Below, piece by piece: positions 1 to 11,266 of a stretch of 64,000 nucleotides of DNA. Under the pieces are notes generated by a model. The model worked only from the letters and a program-made list of their open reading frames with translations. It searched no databases and was not told the origin of the DNA. The translations under genes and the position numbers were made by a program. Origin of the DNA: Escherichia coli (lineage in GTDB: Bacteria; Pseudomonadota; Gammaproteobacteria; Enterobacterales; Enterobacteriaceae); assembly GCF_013122565.1 (NCBI RefSeq), contig NZ_CP053258.1; one strand, written 5' to 3'. Position 1 is the first letter of the stretch; every line of letters begins with the position of its first letter.

Positions 1-505
1 TCTCGTCGATATACACTTCGAACTCAATCATATGCGCCACTTTGCCTGGATGAAGTACCACTTCATTTATCGCGGTGCTGATGCGCTTTTGGCAATCTTG
101 CTGACAGACTTGCGCTTCCAGCAAAAAACGTTTTTCGCTGATGTAGTGACCTTCCAGCACATCGGCTAATTGTTGCTGGGCGTTATCGGGGTCAAGGTCA
201 GTCAGGAAACCCAGGTTGCCACGGTTGATTCCAATAACTTTAATATCGTAGCGTGCGAGCGTGCGCGCCGCGCCCAGCATATTACCGTCGCCGCCAACGA
301 CTACCGCGAGATCAGCCAGTTGCCCAATCTCCGCGAGCGTGCCAGTTTTCACATTCTTCAGTTGCAGTTCGTGAGCGATTTGTTGCTCAACGATGACCTC
401 GTAACCTTTTGTGCACAGCCAGCGGTAGAGCATTTCATGTGTTGTCAGTGCAGTAGGGTGCCGTGGGTGTCCCACAATGCCAATACACTTGAAATGATTA
501 TTCAT
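1..505 (-). CDS. nadK: NAD kinase, N-terminal part (gene runs off the window start)
   Basis: Minus-strand ATG at 505 translates [14 protein letters not shown]..., matching NadK N-terminus; frame stays open to position 1. Divergent from grpE as in E. coli. Confidence 0.85.
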
Positions 506-553
506 TTTTCCGAGGTCCTTGTTGCGAAGATTGATGACAATGTGAGTGCTTCC

Positions 554-581
554 CTTGAAACCCTGAAACTGATCCCCATAA
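554..581 (+). promoter_or_regulatory. sigma32 heat-shock promoter of grpE (-35 CTTGAAA, -10 CCCCATAA)
   Basis: CTTGAAA at 554-560 and CCCCATAA at 574-581 with 13-bp spacer, 47 bp upstream of grpE ATG; matches sigma32 consensus CTTGAAA / CCCCATnT. Confidence 0.5.
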
Positions 582-594
582 TAAGCGAAGTTAG

Positions 595-1221
<627 letters not shown>

Positions 1222-1242
1222 TTTCTGTTTTCGTAATAATTC

Positions 1243-1277
1243 ACGGCCCAGCATGCGAATGCCGGGCCGTTTTTTTA
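1243..1277. terminator. rho-independent terminator between convergent grpE and yfjD
   Basis: GC stem CGGCCC / GGGCCG around a 14-nt loop followed by TTTTTTT (1271-1277). Confidence 0.55.
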
Positions 1278-2561
1278 CTCCGCCACACTCTCGCGCAGCG
1301 GTTTCACAGGAAAAACTTTTACCTGCTTAATCATATTGTCCTGTACGTCGAGAATATCGATATCGTACTCGCCAATACGCACGCGGGTGCCAGCGACAGG
1401 GATCTCTTCCAGAGCTTCAAGAATGACGCCATTAACCGTGCGGGCATCGTCTTCAGGTAGATGCCAGTTAAAGGCTTTGTTGATTTCCCGCACGTTGGCG
1501 GTGCCATCGATAATCACCGAACCGTCGTTTTGCGGCGTGACCTCTTCGGCAAGTGTTGGCGACATCGACGTAGTAAAATCGCCGACAATCTCTTCCAGAA
1601 TATCTTCAACCGTCACCAGCCCCTGAATGTCTCCATACTCGTTGACGACCAGACCGACTTTCTTTTTGTTGCGCTGAAACTTCACCAACTGCGTGCTGAG
1701 CGGCGTACCTTCGGGCACAAAATAGATCTCGTCCGCGGCGCGCAGCATGGTTTCTTTGGTGAACTCTTTTTTCTCCGACATCAACCGCCAGGCTTCACGT
1801 ACTCGCAGCATACTGATGGCGTCGTCCAGCGAATCACGGTAGAGCACGATGCGCCCGTGAGGTGAGTGGGAGAGTTGGCGCAGAATCGATTTCCAGTCAT
1901 CGTTGATATCAATACCGATAATTTCACTGCGCGGAACCATGATGTCATCAACGGTCATTTTTTCCAGATCGAGCACCGACAGCAGCATATCCTGATTGCG
2001 ACGGGAAATTTGTGAGCGCGATTCGTGCACGATAGTGCGCAACTCTTCTTTGCTCAAAGAGCCGCTAACCACGATATCGGTTTTGATACCCATCATGCGC
2101 ATCAGCATACGGGTGATAGCATTCAGCAACCAGACCAGCGGCATCATCAAAATTTGCAGCGGAGCCAGCAGAAAACTACTCGGATAAGCGACTTTTTCCG
2201 GGTACAGCGCGGCAATGGTTTTCGGCAATACCTCAGCAAAAACCAGTACGACAAAAGTCAGCACACCAGTCGCAATTGCCACGCCCGCATCGCCGTACAA
2301 ACGCATCCCAACAATAGTGCCGAGCGCGGAGGCAAGAATATTGACCAGGTTATTGCCGATTAACACCAGGCTTATCAGGCGGTCTGGCTTACGCAGCAAT
2401 TTTTCGACGCGTTTGGCCGAGCGATTACCCTGTTTCGCCATATGTCGCAGACGATAGCGGTTGAGGGTCATCATTCCGGTTTCGGACCCGGAAAAATAGG
2501 CTGAAATGACCACCATGATGATCAGAATAATGATCAACGTAGTAGTAGAAATGTGTTCCAG
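1275..2561 (-). CDS. yfjD: CNNM/CorC-family inner-membrane Mg/Co efflux protein with CBS domains (YfjD/CorB)
   Basis: ORF track 1275..2537 (420 aa; track start is TTG). Frame remains open upstream; a CTG at 2561 preceded by AGGAG would give 428 aa, the length I recall for K-12 YfjD. Start codon uncertain (2516 ATG, 2537 TTG or 2561 CTG). Confidence 0.8.
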   Translation of the reverse strand: MEHISTTTLIIILIIMVVISAYFSGSETGMMTLNRYRLRHMAKQGNRSAKRVEKLLRKPDRLISLVLIGNNLVNILASALGTIVGMRLYGDAGVAIATGVLTFVVLVFAEVLPKTIAALYPEKVAYPSSFLLAPLQILMMPLVWLLNAITRMLMRMMGIKTDIVVSGSLSKEELRTIVHESRSQISRRNQDMLLSVLDLEKMTVDDIMVPRSEIIGIDINDDWKSILRQLSHSPHGRIVLYRDSLDDAISMLRVREAWRLMSEKKEFTKETMLRAADEIYFVPEGTPLSTQLVKFQRNKKKVGLVVNEYGDIQGLVTVEDILEEIVGDFTTSMSPTLAEEVTPQNDGSVIIDGTANVREINKAFNWHLPEDDARTVNGVILEALEEIPVAGTRVRIGEYDIDILDVQDNMIKQVKVFPVKPLRESVAE

Positions 2562-2581
2562 GGGAAACTCCTTTTCTGGGT

Positions 2582-3373
2582 TTAGCTGATTAACTGCTGG
2601 ACAATTCGGCTGCCGAAGTAGGCCAGTGTCAGAATTACCGCGCCCGCAACGTTAAACCAGACGACGCGGCGTCCACGCCATCCTTCATGGTAATGTCCCC
2701 ACAGCAGCACAATATAGACAAACCACGCCACGATAGAGAGCACAGCCTTGTCGATATTTTCCATGCTAAATAGGTTGTGCATGTAGAACAGGCCAGTGCA
2801 AAGCGTGAGCGTTAGCAGCACCACGCCAATCTGCGTGATGTGGAACATTTTACGCTCGATACTCATCAATGGCGGCATTTCCTGGTTAAATGCCAGCTTC
2901 TTGTTCTTCAGTTGGTAATCAATCCACGCCAGTTGCAGCGCGTACAGGGCGGCGATAATTAGCGTGGCATAGGAAAAGAGCGATAAGCCAATGTGCACCA
3001 GCATCCCAGGCGTTGCTTCCAGATGGGTGATGTATTCATTGGGCATGAAGGTCGCCAGCGCCAGGTTGATAAGCGCAAAGGCATAGACAATGGGTAGCAG
3101 CAACCAGCCACGATTGCGAGAAGCCACAATGGTCATTACCGTACAGATCATCAAACTGACCAATGAACCAACGTTCAGCAGGCTGAGGTTTTGTCCGCTA
3201 TCACCGTCGGGCAGGATGCGGGCTTCCAGAGCGATTGCGTGGCAGACCAGCGCAATGACCGCAGAAATAATAGCCATGCGTCGCCAGCCGCCGTTTTTTT
3301 GCAGCAGACCGGGAACAATCAGCGCAAGACTGACGGAGTAGGCGACAAGCGCGAGCAGAGCAAAAACGGGCAT
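2582..3373 (-). CDS. ypjD: inner membrane protein YpjD (cytochrome c assembly CcsA-like family)
   Basis: ORF track 2582..3448; internal ATG at 3373 gives MPVFALLALVAYSV... and 263 aa, matching YpjD as I recall it. Multi-pass hydrophobic protein. Confidence 0.82.
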   Translation of the reverse strand: MPVFALLALVAYSVSLALIVPGLLQKNGGWRRMAIISAVIALVCHAIALEARILPDGDSGQNLSLLNVGSLVSLMICTVMTIVASRNRGWLLLPIVYAFALINLALATFMPNEYITHLEATPGMLVHIGLSLFSYATLIIAALYALQLAWIDYQLKNKKLAFNQEMPPLMSIERKMFHITQIGVVLLTLTLCTGLFYMHNLFSMENIDKAVLSIVAWFVYIVLLWGHYHEGWRGRRVVWFNVAGAVILTLAYFGSRIVQQLIS

Positions 3374-3539
3374 AGTAATGTCGACAGTTTGAGCAATAAG
3401 AAAGAGAAGCAGTATAGCGTCAGGTGAACGCTGCTCCAACCGTTGCATAACAACAAAGACGCCTTCATGTTATACTGCGGCAAAATACTGATGATGTGTC
3501 GCGATTGCGGCCAACCGTTTCCACCCCAGGCGAGAGACA

Positions 3540-4901
3540 ATGTTTGATAATTTAACCGATCGTTTGTCGCGCACGCTGCGCAATATCAGTGGCCGTGGAC
3601 GCCTCACTGAAGACAACGTAAAAGATACGCTGCGCGAAGTGCGCATGGCGCTGCTGGAGGCGGACGTCGCTCTGCCGGTAGTGCGTGAGTTTATCAATCG
3701 CGTAAAAGAGAAAGCGGTTGGTCATGAAGTTAATAAGAGCCTGACGCCGGGGCAGGAGTTCGTCAAAATCGTCCGTAACGAACTGGTTGCGGCGATGGGC
3801 GAAGAGAACCAGACCCTGAACCTGGCGGCGCAACCGCCTGCGGTCGTGCTGATGGCGGGCCTGCAAGGTGCCGGTAAAACAACCAGCGTTGGTAAACTCG
3901 GTAAGTTCCTGCGCGAGAAGCACAAGAAGAAAGTGCTGGTGGTTTCTGCCGACGTTTATCGCCCGGCGGCAATCAAACAGCTTGAGACGCTGGCAGAGCA
4001 GGTGGGCGTTGATTTCTTCCCTTCTGATGTTGGTCAGAAGCCGGTAGATATCGTTAACGCGGCGCTGAAAGAAGCCAAACTGAAATTCTACGACGTGCTG
4101 CTGGTGGATACCGCCGGTCGTCTGCACGTTGACGAAGCGATGATGGACGAGATCAAACAAGTCCATGCGTCGATTAACCCGGTTGAAACCCTGTTTGTGG
4201 TTGACGCCATGACCGGTCAGGATGCGGCCAATACGGCAAAAGCATTCAATGAAGCGTTACCGCTTACCGGCGTAGTGTTGACCAAAGTGGACGGCGATGC
4301 CCGCGGCGGTGCGGCGCTCTCTATTCGTCACATCACTGGCAAACCGATCAAGTTCCTCGGTGTTGGCGAGAAAACTGAGGCGCTGGAGCCGTTCCATCCG
4401 GACCGCATCGCGTCGCGTATTCTCGGCATGGGCGACGTACTGTCGCTGATCGAAGATATCGAAAGCAAAGTTGACCGCGCGCAGGCAGAGAAATTAGCCA
4501 GCAAGCTGAAAAAAGGCGACGGCTTCGATCTCAACGATTTTCTTGAGCAACTGCGCCAGATGAAAAATATGGGCGGCATGGCTAGCCTGATGGGCAAGCT
4601 GCCGGGCATGGGGCAGATCCCGGATAACGTCAAGTCGCAGATGGACGATAAAGTGCTGGTGCGTATGGAGGCCATCATCAACTCGATGACGATGAAAGAG
4701 CGCGCTAAGCCAGAAATCATCAAAGGTTCGCGTAAGCGTCGTATCGCCGCTGGTTGCGGGATGCAGGTACAGGACGTTAACCGCCTTCTGAAGCAGTTCG
4801 ACGACATGCAGCGCATGATGAAGAAAATGAAGAAGGGCGGAATGGCGAAGATGATGAGAAGCATGAAAGGGATGATGCCGCCGGGATTTCCTGGTCGCTA
4901 A
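3540..4901 (+). CDS. ffh: signal recognition particle protein Ffh
   Basis: 453-aa ORF with GTPase motifs (GLQGAGKTT, DTAGR, TKVDG) and Met-rich C-terminal M domain. Confidence 0.97.
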   Translation: MFDNLTDRLSRTLRNISGRGRLTEDNVKDTLREVRMALLEADVALPVVREFINRVKEKAVGHEVNKSLTPGQEFVKIVRNELVAAMGEENQTLNLAAQPPAVVLMAGLQGAGKTTSVGKLGKFLREKHKKKVLVVSADVYRPAAIKQLETLAEQVGVDFFPSDVGQKPVDIVNAALKEAKLKFYDVLLVDTAGRLHVDEAMMDEIKQVHASINPVETLFVVDAMTGQDAANTAKAFNEALPLTGVVLTKVDGDARGGAALSIRHITGKPIKFLGVGEKTEALEPFHPDRIASRILGMGDVLSLIEDIESKVDRAQAEKLASKLKKGDGFDLNDFLEQLRQMKNMGGMASLMGKLPGMGQIPDNVKSQMDDKVLVRMEAIINSMTMKERAKPEIIKGSRKRRIAAGCGMQVQDVNRLLKQFDDMQRMMKKMKKGGMAKMMRSMKGMMPPGFPGR

Positions 4902-4914
4902 TCGGCCTGGCTTG

Positions 4915-5006
4915 TTTGCCATTTTGGCACCGGGGTGTGCTCGTCATCCTCACGTACTGCGTGTACGCTCCGGTGACTGCGCGCACTCCGGCACCAAACT
5001 GGCTGC
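4915..5006. repeat. GC-rich dispersed intergenic repeat (boxC-like); second copy at 61622..61714
   Basis: About 90 bp sharing long identical blocks with 61622..61714 (TTTGCCA, GTGCTCG, ATCCTCACGTAC, CGTGTACGCTC, CCAAACTG, CTGCA); by-eye alignment roughly 70-75% identical. Confidence 0.45.
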
Positions 5007-5071
5007 ACCGCCGACGGCCTTTTACAGCAGAGTTAGCAACTGTTGATTGCAATTTCCGCAAAAATGAGTAA

Positions 5072-5398
<327 letters not shown>

Positions 5399-5416
5399 TC
5401 TGTCACGGTGGTCATG

Positions 5417-5965
5417 ATGAGCAAACAACTCACCGCGCAAGCACCTGTTGATCCCATCGTTTTGGGAAAAATGGGTTCGTCTTACGGTATTCGTGGGTGG
5501 CTCAGAGTGTTTTCTTCCACCGAAGACGCCGAAAGCATTTTTGACTATCAGCCCTGGTTTATCCAGAAGGCGGGTCAGTGGCAGCAAGTCCAGCTGGAAA
5601 GCTGGAAGCACCACAATCAGGACATGATCATCAAGCTGAAAGGCATTGACGATCGTGATGCGGCGAACCTGCTGACGAATTGTGAAATTGTCGTGGATTC
5701 ATCGCAGCTGCCTCAGCTTGAAGAGGGGGACTACTACTGGAAAGACCTGATGGGCTGCCAGGTAGTAACCACTGAAGGCTACGATCTCGGTAAAGTCGTC
5801 GATATGATGGAAACCGGATCCAATGACGTTCTCGTCATTAAGGCAAACCTGAAAGATGCGTTTGGTATCAAGGAACGTCTCGTACCGTTCCTCGATGGGC
5901 AGGTTATCAAGAAAGTCGATCTCACTACTCGTTCAATCGAAGTAGATTGGGATCCTGGTTTTTAA
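5417..5965 (+). CDS. rimM: ribosome maturation factor RimM
   Basis: ORF track 5408..5965; ATG at 5417 gives [31 protein letters not shown]..., 182 aa. Confidence 0.92.
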   Translation: MSKQLTAQAPVDPIVLGKMGSSYGIRGWLRVFSSTEDAESIFDYQPWFIQKAGQWQQVQLESWKHHNQDMIIKLKGIDDRDAANLLTNCEIVVDSSQLPQLEEGDYYWKDLMGCQVVTTEGYDLGKVVDMMETGSNDVLVIKANLKDAFGIKERLVPFLDGQVIKKVDLTTRSIEVDWDPGF

Positions 5966-5995
5966 ACCACCGGATAAACGGTAAAAGACGGCGCT

Positions 5996-6763
5996 ATGTG
6001 GATTGGCATAATTAGCCTGTTTCCTGAAATGTTCCGCGCAATTACCGATTACGGGGTAACTGGCCGGGCAGTTAAAAATGGCCTGCTGAGCATCCAGAGC
6101 TGGAGTCCTCGCGACTTCACGCATGACCGGCACCGTACCGTGGACGATCGTCCTTACGGCGGCGGACCGGGGATGTTAATGATGGTGCAACCCTTGCGGG
6201 ACGCCATTCATGCAGCAAAAGCCGCGGCGGGTGAAGGCGCAAAGGTGATTTATCTGTCACCACAGGGACGCAAGCTTGATCAAGCGGGCGTCAGCGAACT
6301 GGCAACGAATCAAAAATTGATTCTGGTGTGCGGTCGCTACGAAGGTATAGATGAGCGCGTGATCCAAACCGAAATTGACGAAGAATGGTCAATCGGCGAT
6401 TACGTTCTCAGTGGTGGTGAGTTACCAGCAATGACGCTGATTGACTCCGTTTCCCGGTTTATTCCGGGAGTACTGGGACATGAAGCCTCAGCAACAGAAG
6501 ATTCCTTTGCTGAAGGATTGCTGGATTGCCCGCACTATACGCGGCCTGAGGTGTTAGAAGGGATGGAAGTTCCGCCAGTGTTACTGTCGGGCAACCATGC
6601 CGAGATACGTCGCTGGCGTTTGAAACAGTCGCTGGGCCGTACCTGGCTTAGAAGACCTGAACTTCTGGAAAACCTGGCTCTGACTGAAGAGCAAGCAAGG
6701 TTGCTGGCGGAGTTCAAAACGGAACACGCACAACAGCAACATAAACATGATGGGATGGCGTAA
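5996..6763 (+). CDS. trmD: tRNA (guanine37-N1)-methyltransferase TrmD
   Basis: 255-aa [16 protein letters not shown]... recognised as TrmD; position in rpsP-rimM-trmD-rplS operon. Confidence 0.96.
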
Positions 6764-6801
6764 GCCCCCGAGATATCAGTTTACCCAGGATAAGAGATTA
6801 A

Positions 6802-7152
<351 letters not shown>

Positions 7153-7182
7153 GATTTCGCTTAAGCGACATCCTGTTAAGAA

Positions 7183-7211
7183 GGGCTGGCCAATTGGCTG
7201 GCCCTTTTTTT
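7183..7211 (+). terminator. rho-independent terminator of the rpsP operon
   Basis: 9-bp stem (GGGCTGGCC / GGCTGGCCC with two G-U pairs), AATT loop, followed by TTTTTTT. Confidence 0.55.
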
Positions 7212-7228
7212 ATCTGTTTGCTCGTGTT

Positions 7229-7711
7229 TTAAGGGGTAGTAATCACCACTGCGACGCGGCGGTTCTCGGCGCGGCCCTGGGCGGTCTTGTTACTGGCTAT
7301 GGGATATTTTTTTCCTAAACCCTGTGTGGTGAGATTGCTGCGCGGAATTTGTCCACCCTTAGCCCATGCATCGGCCACGACATTCGCCCGTTTCAATGAT
7401 AAGCCTTCGTTGTAACTGTCTTCACCATAGTTATCGGTGTGTCCATCCATACGGGCATGTGTTAGCCCTGTCGAGGCCAATTTGGCTGCCATGGTTTGGA
7501 TCTGTTGCTGGCTTTCCGGGAGCAATTTGTAGTCATTTTTGGCGAACAGAATGGCATCTGATAAGCCCAGCGACCAGTCGCCGGCGGATTCAGTAAATCC
7601 ATAAGATTGCATAGCGGCGACTTGCTCAGGAGTAAACTTTCCCTGAGGGGACTGGCAGCCAGTCAGTATTAGTGAGGTGAAAATCAGGGGTGCTACCAGG
7701 TGCTTTATCAT
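7229..7711 (-). CDS. yfiB: OmpA-family outer-membrane lipoprotein YfiB (activator of DgcN)
   Basis: 160-aa ORF with lipoprotein signal (LILTGC) and OmpA-like C-terminal peptidoglycan-binding region (NTDNYGEDSYNEGLSLKRA, AENRRV). Confidence 0.9.
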   Translation of the reverse strand: MIKHLVAPLIFTSLILTGCQSPQGKFTPEQVAAMQSYGFTESAGDWSLGLSDAILFAKNDYKLLPESQQQIQTMAAKLASTGLTHARMDGHTDNYGEDSYNEGLSLKRANVVADAWAKGGQIPRSNLTTQGLGKKYPIASNKTAQGRAENRRVAVVITTP

Positions 7712-7726
7712 ATCGATATATCCTTG

Positions 7727-8953
7727 TTATCTCACCAGCTTTTCGGCACGCTGGTGTTTGGCCTGATACATATTGTGATCGGCAAGCTCTTGTAATTTTT
7801 CCGCAGAGGCGTGCTCAATGGTCATCGCGTAACCAATGCTTAATGTCATGGTGGTCTGATAGCCATTATGAAGATCAAACGGGAGATTAAAGATTTGTGT
7901 CAGTGCTGAACATATCTGCTGCACTTCAGATTCCGACTGTACATCATAGAGCACCATAGCGAATTCATCGCCGCCTATGCGGTATGCTTTATGTCGCAGC
8001 CCGCCAAATTCAGCTAACCGTTTTGCGATTTCAATCAAGACTCGATCGCCCGTCGCATGACCCCAGGTATCATTGATATATTTGAAATTATCGCCATCAA
8101 GAAATAGTAACGCCGACGTTTTTCGGGCATCGGAACTGTTCATCAACGTGTTGATACCGCTACGAAACGCTGCGCGGTTAGCCAGCCCGGTTAATGGGTC
8201 ATGTAGTGCGGTACGTAGAAGCTGCGCATTTTTGGCCTGTAAACGAAGCTGCCACTCTTCCATTTCATCCAGCAGACTGTTGAAGTCGAGAGCGAATCGG
8301 TGAAACTCAGCGATACGTTCTTCCGAAACTCGTCGGGAAAAATTGCGGTTGGAACGCACATCATGTACGACATCGGTGATATTTTTCAGCGCTTCCACCA
8401 GGCCATTGTGCAAATGGCGGGTGAGGGTAATTGCGATGCCTGATGCCAGCAGAATACAACCGGTCAGTACGGCGAGCGAAAACCAGATAAAATGGCTGAT
8501 TGAACTGTCGCGAGCGGTTAAGCGTACTTCGCCAATGGTTTCACCATTGTGACGAATCGGCTGAATAATGGGGGCAGGGAAGAGCCAGTGGCTTATGAAA
8601 TTGCTGAAAGTATCGCCTGGATCCTTACGGGTGTAATGCCAGGATGCCAGAATATTTTGCTGCTTATCACGTACTTCTGCAGTTGAAAATTGCCCTTGCT
8701 GGCCCAGCGCTGCCAGTGTTTCAGTTGCTGCAGGGCCATCGGCAAAAACGACAGCTGCTTCCAGACTGTAAGTCATTGTTGCTGCTGTCAGTGCCAGGTT
8801 TTTTTGCGCGTACTGTTTCAGGGTCAGCACCGAGGTCACGGAAAGCAGCAACCAGATCAGCATCATAGTGATAAATATGCTGGTCATACTGATGTTGCGT
8901 AATGCTCTTTTAAACGTGGGGCGCTTATTAAGAGAATTATCGTTATCCATCAT
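7727..8953 (-). CDS. dgcN: membrane diguanylate cyclase DgcN (YfiN), GGDEF domain
   Basis: 408-aa ORF with N-terminal transmembrane/periplasmic region, HAMP-like segment and RIGGDEF motif. Confidence 0.92.
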
Positions 8954-9461
8954 TTTTCTTCCGTGCGAGCATTAAGACATCCGGGTTGACCTTTACACCG
9001 CTACGCGATAAGGCATCCAGGTTTACGGCAAATCTGACGTCATTATTGTGGATGATCAGACAAAAGGCGCTACCAATAATGCACTCGGTATTTTGTTCGG
9101 CAATTAATAATAACGCCTTTGACGGATATTGTTCGGTTAATTCCATCTGGAATGTCGGTGACTCGTTGCCAAAATAAAAACCATTGCAGCCTGAAATCAT
9201 CGCCTCTTGTTGAGTGTGAATGATGACAGGCAGATAAGGCAAAGATGTCGCGGCATTCTCTTGTAGGGCGGTACTAAAACGTGAAGATGAAAAGATACAT
9301 AACTTTGGTGGCCCTGATAGCGCAGGCCAGCGGGTGTAACTGACAATACCGGAAACCATCATACGCACGTTTTTCGCAACGTCAGAAGGCTCCTGAGCGA
9401 GTATTGGTGCTCCCGTCAGCAGGAGAATCAGAAGTAAGAACAGTCGGTGAGAAAAACGCAT
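8943..9461 (-). CDS. yfiR: periplasmic repressor of DgcN, YfiR
   Basis: 172-aa ORF with signal peptide ([23 protein letters not shown]); overlaps dgcN start by 11 nt. Confidence 0.9.
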
Positions 9462-9610
9462 TCAGGGATCCCCACCATCTTCGCTCGAAATGCATCGATA
9501 TTTTTTCAGAATGCTCATTAAAATATCATTTTTTCATGCGATCGTCATCAATGTGAGAAATAAAACACAATGAGTAAAATCTTATGTTTAATTTATTTGT
9601 GGGGTTTTAA

Positions 9611-9976
9611 TTAATTTAATCGTATTGTGCTGGCATTTTCATCAGTCCCTTTTTGCCAAACTTCATGCAGTTGGCTGGCATTTTCAACATTGTTACAGCT
9701 GGCAGGAAAGCTTTTACCGGAAAGTCCCCGGGCATAAGTAAAATCGGTCTGGCAAGTTTTCTTTTGTCCTTCGGCATATCCTTTAAGGTATAGACCGCGA
9801 TCCGCCTGTGAATCGCTAAATGCATCGTCATCTTTTATGGCGCTGCCCGATATCGCATCTTCCATACCGACATCATACCAGTCGGTGCTGGTCAAGGTTG
9901 GCGCGTGAGTATAAGGATCAATCTGACATCCGCTAACCAGTAAAGCCAACAAGGGGGCGATAAACTTTTTCATCAT
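9611..9976 (-). CDS. yfiL: lipoprotein YfiL (DUF2799)
   Basis: ORF track 9611..10015; internal ATG at 9976 gives MMKKFIAPLLALLVSGCQ... with a lipobox; about 121 aa. Confidence 0.8.
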   Translation of the reverse strand: MMKKFIAPLLALLVSGCQIDPYTHAPTLTSTDWYDVGMEDAISGSAIKDDDAFSDSQADRGLYLKGYAEGQKKTCQTDFTYARGLSGKSFPASCNNVENASQLHEVWQKGTDENASTIRLN

Positions 9977-10021
9977 TTCTTTCTCCTTTTTCAAAGCATA
10001 GCGGATTGTTTTCAAAGGGAG

Positions 10022-10091
10022 TGTAAATTTATCTATACAGAGGTAAGGGTTGAAAGCGCGACTAAATTGCCTGTGTAAATAAAAATGTACG
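10022..10091. promoter_or_regulatory. TyrR boxes in the aroF-tyrA promoter region
   Basis: TGTAAA-N6-TATACA at 10022-10039 and TGTAAA-N6-TGTACG at 10074-10091 match TyrR box consensus TGTAAA-N6-TTTACA; about 95 bp upstream of aroF. Confidence 0.5.
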
Positions 10092-10185
10092 AAATATGGA
10101 TTGAAAACTTTACTTTATGTGTTATCGTTACGTCATCCTCGCTGAGGATCAACTATCGCAAACGAGCATAAACAGGATCGCCATC

Positions 10186-11256
10186 ATGCAAAAAGACGCG
10201 CTGAATAACGTACATATTACCGACGAACAGGTTTTAATGACTCCGGAACAACTGAAGGCCGCTTTTCCATTGAGCCTGCAACAAGAAGCCCAGATTGCTG
10301 ACTCGCGTAAAAGCATTTCAGATATTATCGCCGGGCGCGATCCTCGTCTGCTGGTAGTATGTGGTCCTTGTTCCATTCATGATCCTGAAACTGCTCTGGA
10401 ATATGCTCGTCGATTTAAAGCCCTTGCCGCAGAGGTCAGCGATAGCCTCTATCTGGTAATGCGCGTCTATTTTGAAAAACCCCGTACCACTGTCGGCTGG
10501 AAAGGGTTAATTAACGATCCCCATATGGATGGCTCTTTTGATGTAGAAGCCGGGCTGCAGATCGCGCGTAAATTGCTGCTTGAGCTGGTGAATATGGGAC
10601 TGCCACTGGCGACGGAAGCGTTAGATCCGAATAGCCCGCAATACCTGGGCGATCTGTTTAGCTGGTCAGCAATTGGTGCTCGTACAACGGAATCGCAAAC
10701 TCACCGTGAAATGGCCTCCGGGCTTTCCATGCCGGTTGGTTTTAAAAACGGCACCGATGGCAGTCTGGCAACGGCAATTAACGCTATGCGCGCCGCCGCC
10801 CAGCCGCACCGTTTTGTTGGCATTAACCAGGCAGGGCAGGTTGCGTTGCTACAAACTCAGGGAAATCCGGACGGGCATGTGATCCTGCGTGGTGGTAAAG
10901 CGCCGAACTATAGCCCTGCGGATGTTGCGCAATGTGAAAAAGAGATGGAACAGGCGGGACTGCGCCCGTCTCTGATGGTAGATTGCAGCCACGGTAATTC
11001 CAATAAAGATTATCGCCGTCAGCCTGCGGTGGCAGAATCCGTGGTTGCTCAAATCAAAGATGGCAATCGCTCAATTATTGGTCTGATGATCGAAAGTAAT
11101 ATCCACGAGGGCAATCAGTCTTCCGAGCAACCGCGCAGTGAAATGAAATACGGTGTATCCGTAACCGATGCCTGCATTAGCTGGGAAATGACCGATGCCT
11201 TGCTGCGTGAAATTCACCAGGATCTGAACGGGCAGCTGACGGCTCGCGTGGCTTAA
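10186..11256 (+). CDS. aroF: DAHP synthase, Tyr-sensitive (AroF)
   Basis: ORF track 10117..11256; ATG at 10186 gives [23 protein letters not shown]..., 356 aa. Confidence 0.95.
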   Translation: MQKDALNNVHITDEQVLMTPEQLKAAFPLSLQQEAQIADSRKSISDIIAGRDPRLLVVCGPCSIHDPETALEYARRFKALAAEVSDSLYLVMRVYFEKPRTTVGWKGLINDPHMDGSFDVEAGLQIARKLLLELVNMGLPLATEALDPNSPQYLGDLFSWSAIGARTTESQTHREMASGLSMPVGFKNGTDGSLATAINAMRAAAQPHRFVGINQAGQVALLQTQGNPDGHVILRGGKAPNYSPADVAQCEKEMEQAGLRPSLMVDCSHGNSNKDYRRQPAVAESVVAQIKDGNRSIIGLMIESNIHEGNQSSEQPRSEMKYGVSVTDACISWEMTDALLREIHQDLNGQLTARVA

Positions 11257-11266
11257 GAGGTTTATT

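Noticed and set aside
3552-4166. 204-aa minus-strand ORF antisense to ffh; similar antisense ORFs in clpB (18960..19658), pdxJ/acpS (49659..50438), srmB (37635..38570) and grpE (502..1254).
   Set aside because: All are embedded antisense to strongly supported genes and show no domain signatures.
10101-10120. Possible third TyrR box upstream of aroF (TTGAAAACTTTACTTTATG).
   Set aside because: Half-sites deviate too far from TGTAAA-N6-TTTACA to call by eye; only two boxes reported.
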